Assembly (NCBI GenBank): GCA_964057225.1
Contig: OZ059897.1
Coordinates: forward strand, 20,956,001 to 21,020,000
Length of the DNA stretch: 64,000 nt
Source: Auanema rhodensis
Taxonomy: Eukaryota; Animalia; Nematoda
Direction of reading: 5' to 3'
Shown here: piece by piece, positions 58,301-64,000 of the stretch
How the letters are laid out: each line of letters starts with the position of its first letter
Numbering within the stretch: position 1 is the stretch's first letter
Program-made: the position numbers and the translations under genes
Notes under the pieces: model-generated
Told to the model about the DNA's origin: nothing
The model's database searches: none
What the model saw: only the letters and a program-made list of their open reading frames with translations

Positions 58301-61300
58301 GATCGACGCAGCTTAAAAATCCGCATCGAATGCACTATACTACATTGAAAAACGCTTGATACAAAAATTAGTTATGATCGTTTGAAAAATGATGCATTAG
58401 TGTATGTTGAGTTTCCATGTACACTCAACATTGCTTCCAAAAACATTTTGACAAAAATTTTTTCGAAAAATTTCAAAATAATTTAGCAAAAAGTAGATGT
58501 TTTTAGATTCCTTTTTTCAAGGCAAAGACGATGGACAATGTTATTCAACGAAAAAATTATTTCTTCAGGGTGAAAATCGAGGATATAAGAGTGAACTTAT
58601 ATCAGTTGATATCTCGGTGCATTTTTAAGCTAGCGCAAATCTGATAACACAGATCGACGCAGCTTAAAAATCCGCATCGAATGCACTATACTACATTGAG
58701 AAACGCTTAATACAAAAATTAGTTATGATCGTTTGAAAAATGATGCATTAGTGTATGTTGAGTTTCCATGTACACTCAACATTGCTTCCAAAAACATTTT
58801 GACAAAAATTTTTTCGAAAAATTTCAAAATAATTTAGCAAAAAGTAGATGTTTTTAGATTCCTTTTTTCAAGGCAAAGACGATGGACAATGTTATTCAAC
58901 GAAAAAATTATTTCTTCAGGGTGAAAATCGAGGATATAAGTGTGAACTTATATCAGTTGATATCTCGGTGCATTTTTAAGCTAGCGCAAATCTGATAACA
59001 CAGATCGACGCAGCTTAAAAATCCGCATCGAATGCACTATATTACATTGAGAAACACTTGATACAAAAATTAGTTATGATCGTTTGAAAAATGATGCATT
59101 AGTGTATGTTGAGTTTCCATGTACACTCAACATTGCTTCCAAAAACATTTTGACAAAAATTTTTTCGAAAAATTTCAAAATAATTTAGCAAAAAGTAGAT
59201 GTTTTAAGATTCCATTTTTCAAGGCAAAGACGATGGACAATGTTATTCAACGAAAAAATTAATTCTTCAGGGTGAAAATCGAGGATATAAGTGTGAACTT
59301 ATATCAGTTGATATCTCGGTGCATTTTTAAGCTAGCGCAAATCTGATAACACAGATCGACGCAGCTTAAAAATCCGCATCGAATGCACTATATTACATTG
59401 AGAAACACTTGATACAAAAATTAGTTATGATCGTTTGAAAAATGATGCATTAGTGTATGTTGAGTTTCCATGTACACTCAACATTGCTTCCAAAAACATT
59501 TTGACAAAAATTTTTTCGAAAAATTTCAAAATAATTTAGCAAAAAGTAGATGTTTTTAGATTCCCTTTTTCAAGGCAAAGACGATAGACAATGTTATTCA
59601 ACGAAAAAATTAATTCTTCAGGGTGAAAATCGAGGATATAAGTGTGAACTTATATCAGTTGATATCTCGGTGCATTTTTAAGCTAGCGCAAATCTGATAA
59701 CACAGATCGACGCAGCTTAAAAATCCGCATCGAATGCACTATACTACATTGAGAAACGCTTGATACAAAAATTAGTTATGATCGTTTGAAAAATGATGCA
59801 TTAGTGTATGTTGAGTTTCCATGTACACTCAACATTGCTTCCAAAAACATTTTGACAAAAATTTTTTCGAAAAATTTCAGAATAATTTAGCAAAAAGTAG
59901 ATGTTTTAAGATTCCATTTTTCAAGGCTAAGACGATGGACAATGTTATTCAACGAAAAAATTAATTCTTCAGGGTGAAAATCGAGGATATAAGTGTGAAC
60001 TTATATCAGTTGATATCTCGGTGCATTTTTAAGCTAGCTCAAATCTGATAACACAGATCGACGCAGCTTAAAAATCCGCATCGAATGCACTATACTACAT
60101 TGAGAAACGCTTAATACAAAAATTAGTTATGATCGTTTGAAAAATGATGCATTAGTGTATGTTGAGTTTCCATGTACACTCAACATTGCTTCCAAAAACA
60201 TTTTGACAAAAATTTTTTCGAAAAATTTCAAAATAATTTAGCAAAAAGTAGATGTTTTTAGATTCCATTTTTCAAGGCAAAGACGATAGACAATGTTATT
60301 CAACGAAAAAATTAATTCTTCAGGGTGAAAATCGAGGATATAAGTGTGAACTTATATCAGTTGATATCTCGGTGCATTTTTAAGCTAGCGCAAATCTGAT
60401 AACACAGATCGACGCAGCTTAAAAATCCGCATCGAATGCACTATACTACATTGAGAAACGCTTAATACAAAAATTAGTTATGATCGTTTGAAAAATGATG
60501 CATTAGTGTATGTTGAGTTTCCATGTACACTCAACATTGCTTCCAAAAACATTTTGACAAAAATTTTTTCGAAAAATTTCAAAATAATTTACCAAAAAGT
60601 AGATGTTTTTAGATTCCATTTTTCAAGGCAAAGACGATAGACAATGTTATTCAACGAAAAAGTTAATTCTTCAGGGTGAAAATCGAGGATATAAGTGTGA
60701 ACTTATATCAGTTGATATCTCGGTGCATTTTTAAGCTAGCGCAAATCTGATAACACAGATCTACGCAGCTTAAAAATCCGCATCGAATGCACTATATTAC
60801 ATTGAGAAACACTTGATACAAAAATTAGTTATGATCGTTTGAAAAATGATGCATTAGTGTATGTTGAGTTTCCATGTACACTCAACATTGCTTCCAAAAA
60901 CATTTTGACAAAAATTTTTTCGAAAAATTTCAAAATAATTTAGCAAAAAGTAAATGTTTTAAGATTCCATTTTTCAAGGCAAAGACGATGGACAATGTTA
61001 TTCAACGAAAAAATTAATTCTTCAGGGTGAAAATCGAGGATATAAGTGTGAACTTATATCAGTTGATATCTCGGTGCATTTTTAAGCTAGCGCAAATCTG
61101 ATAACACAGATCGACGCAGCTTAAAAATCCGCATCGAATGCACTATACTACATTGAGAAACACTTGATACAAAAATTAGTTATGATCGTTTGAAAAATGA
61201 TGCATTAGTGTATGTTGAGTTTCCATGTACACTCAACATTGCTTCCAAAAACATTTTGACAAAAATTTTTTCGAAAAATTTCAAAATAATTTAGCAAAAA

Positions 61301-64000
61301 GTAGATGTTTTAAGATTCCATTTTTCAAGGCAAAGACGATGGACAATGTTATTCAACGAAAAAATTAATTCTTCAGGGTGAAAATCGAGGATATAAGTGT
61401 GAACTTATATCAGTTGATATCTCGGTGCATTTTTAAGCTAGCGCAAATCTGATAACACAGATCGACGCAGCTTAAAAATCCGCATCGAATGCACTATACT
61501 ACATTAAGAAACGCTTGATACAAAAATTAGTTATGATCGTTTGAAAAATGATGCATTAGTGTATGTTGAGTTTCCATGTACACTCAACATTGCTTCCAAA
61601 AACATTTTGACAAAAATTTTTTCGAAAAATTTCAAAATAATTTAGCAAAAAGTAGATGTTTTTAGATTCCATTTTTCAAGGCAAAGACGATAGACAATGT
61701 TATTCAACGAAAAAATTAATTCTTCAGGGTGAAAATCGAGGATATAAGTGTGAACTTATATCAGTTGATATCTCGGTGCATTTTTAAGCTAGCGCAAATC
61801 TGATAACACAGATCTACGCAGCTTAAAAATCCGCATCGAATGCACTATATTACATTGAGAAACACTTGATACAAAAATTAGTTATGATCGTTTGAAAAAT
61901 GATGCATTAGTGTATGTTGAGTTTCCATGTACACTCAACATTGCTTCCAAAAACATTTTGACAAAAATTTTTTCGAAAAATTTCAAAATAATTTAGCAAA
62001 AAGTAGATGTTTTAAGATTCCATTTTTCAAGGCTAAGACGATGGACAATGTTATTCAACGAAAAAATTAATTCTTCAGGGTGAAAATCGAGGATATAAGT
62101 GTGAACTTATATCAGTTGATATCTCGGTGCATTTTTAAGCTAGCTCAAATCTGATAACACAGATCGACGCAGCTTAAAAATCCGCATCGAATGCACTATA
62201 CTACATTGAGAAACGCTTAATACAAAAATTAGTTATGATCGTTTGAAAAATGATGCATTAGTGTATGTTGAGTTTCCATGTACACTCAACATTGCTTCCA
62301 AAAACATTTTGACAAAAATTTTTTCGAAAAATTTCAAAATAATTTAGCAAAAAGTAGATGTTTTTAGATTCCATTTTTCAAGGCAAAGACGATAGACAAT
62401 GTTATTCAACGAAAAAATTAATTCTTCAGGGTGAAAATCGAGGATATAAGTGTGAACTTATATCAGTTGATATCTCGGTGCATTTTTAAGCTAGCGCAAA
62501 TCTGATAACACAGATCGACGCAGCTTAAAAATCCGCATCGAATGCACTATACTACATTGAGAAACGCTTAATACAAAAATTAGTTATGATCGTTTGAAAA
62601 ATGATGCATTAGTGTATGTTGAGTTTCCATGTACACTCAACATTGCTTCCAAAAACATTTTGACAAAAATTTTTTCGAAAAATTTCAAAATAATTTACCA
62701 AAAAGTAGATGTTTTTAGATTCCATTTTTCAAGGCAAAGACGATAGACAATGTTATTCAACGAAAAAGTTAATTCTTCAGGGTGAAAATCGAGGATATAA
62801 GTGTGAACTTATATCAGTTGATATCTCGGTGCATTTTTAAGCTAGCGCAAATCTGATAACACAGATCTACGCAGCTTAAAAATCCGCATCGAATGCACTA
62901 TATTACATTGAGAAACACTTGATACAAAAATTAGTTATGATCGTTTGAAAAATGATGCATTAGTGTATGTTGAGTTTCCATGTACACTCAACATTGCTTC
63001 CAAAAACATTTTGACAAAAATTTTTTCGAAAAATTTCAAAATAATTTAGCAAAAAGTAAATGTTTTAAGATTCCATTTTTCAAGGCAAAGACGATGGACA
63101 ATGTTATTCAACGAAAAAATTAATTCTTCAGGGTGAAAATCGAGGATATAAGTGTGAACTTATATCAGTTGATATCTCGGTGCATTTTTAAGCTAGCGCA
63201 AATCTGATAACACAGATCGACGCAGCTTAAAAATCCGCATCGAATGCACTATACTACATTGAGAAACACTTGATACAAAAATTAGTTATGATCGTTTGAA
63301 AAATGATGCATTAGTGTATGTTGAGTTTCCATGTACACTCAACATTGCTTCCAAAAACATTTTGACAAAAATTTTTTCGAAAAATTTCAAAATAATTTAG
63401 CAAAAAGTAGATGTTTTAAGATTCCATTTTTCAAGGCAAAGACGATGGACAATGTTATTCAACGAAAAAATTAATTCTTCAGGGTGAAAATCGAGGATAT
63501 AAGTGTGAACTTATATCAGTTGATATCTCGGTGCATTTTTAAGCTAGCGCAAATCTGATAACACAGATCGACGCAGCTTAAAAATCCGCATCGAATGCAC
63601 TATATTACATTGAGAAACACTTGATACAAAAATTAGTTATGATCGTTTGAAAAATGATGCATTAGTGTATGTTGAGTTTCCATGTACACTCAACATTGCT
63701 TCCAAAAACATTTTGACAAAAATTTTTTCGAAAAATTTCAAAATAATTTAGCAAAAAGTAGATGTTTTAAGATTCCATTTTTCAAGGCTAAGACGATGGA
63801 CAATGTTATTCAACGAAAAAATTAATTCTTCAGGGTGAAAATCGAGGATATAAGTGTGAACTTATATCAGTTGATATCTCGGTGCATTTTTAAGCTAGCT
63901 CAAATCTGATAACACAGATCGACGCAGCTTAAAAATCCGCATCGAATGCACTATACTACATTGAGAAACGCTTAATACAAAAATTAGTTATGATCGTTTG
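46318..64000. repeat. Copy 2 of macro-duplication, with local monomer gains and losses; related cassettes run to the window end
   Basis: The rare variants appear in the same order as in 10179 onward, including the 1-bp deletion plus GACCCA monomer (15121 vs 51261). Confidence 0.83.

Larger units (their letters stand above)
1..64000. repeat. Tandem satellite array, 351-bp monomer, about 182 head-to-tail copies, extending past both window edges
   Basis: TCAGTTGATATCTCGGTGCA recurs at 1, 352, 703 ... 3511, 7021. The phase shifts only at short deletions near 8845, 11068, 15123, 46178 (12 bp) and 51263, 16 bp in total. Monomers differ by a few substitutions, and I saw no inversion or foreign insertion. 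Confidence 0.99.

Noticed and set aside
1-64000. Giant repetitive protein gene (351 = 117 codons, so frame would be preserved)
   Set aside because: All six frames contain stops in conserved parts of each monomer: + strand TAA 25-27, TGA 41-43 and TGA 6-8; - strand stops opposite TCA 1-3, CTA 29-31 and TTA 24-26.
1-64000. CRISPR array or other repeat-spacer/cassette system
   Set aside because: There are palindromic segments but no unique spacers. The entire unit is repeated, with only SNP-level variation.
1-64000. Single regular higher-order repeat across the whole window
   Set aside because: Periods vary locally (2, 3, 4, 5/6, 7, 11, 14 and 103 monomers), and no fixed HOR persists.
1-64000. 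Pure assembly or rolling-circle amplification artefact
   Set aside because: Monomers carry structured, hierarchical, shared variants typical of real satellite evolution. Individual singleton variants and homopolymer-adjacent 1-bp deletions (for example near 8845) could still be errors.

Overview
The whole 64-kb window is one uninterrupted, head-to-tail, single-orientation tandem array of a 351-bp AT-rich monomer (about 31% GC by hand count of monomer 1; about 182 copies). It looks like eukaryotic satellite DNA (centromeric, pericentromeric or telomeric type). I cannot assign it to a named family or organism from the sequence alone. I found no genes, RNA genes, transposon insertions or CRISPR spacers, and every reading frame is stopped within each monomer. 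The interest is in the internal structure. (1) The monomer is dense in nested inverted repeats. (2) Common polymorphism is concentrated in two sub-domains. (3) Rare variants reveal nested higher-order duplications of 2-, 3-, 4-, 5/6-, 7- and 11-monomer periods, plus a ~36.1-kb (103-monomer) macro-duplication. (4) There are a few unusual mutation events: a monomer with three A>G changes all in inverted-repeat arms, a double substitution that perfects a hairpin, and a 12-bp deletion of a palindrome next to the macro-duplication junction. All coordinates and counts were done by eye and need computational confirmation.
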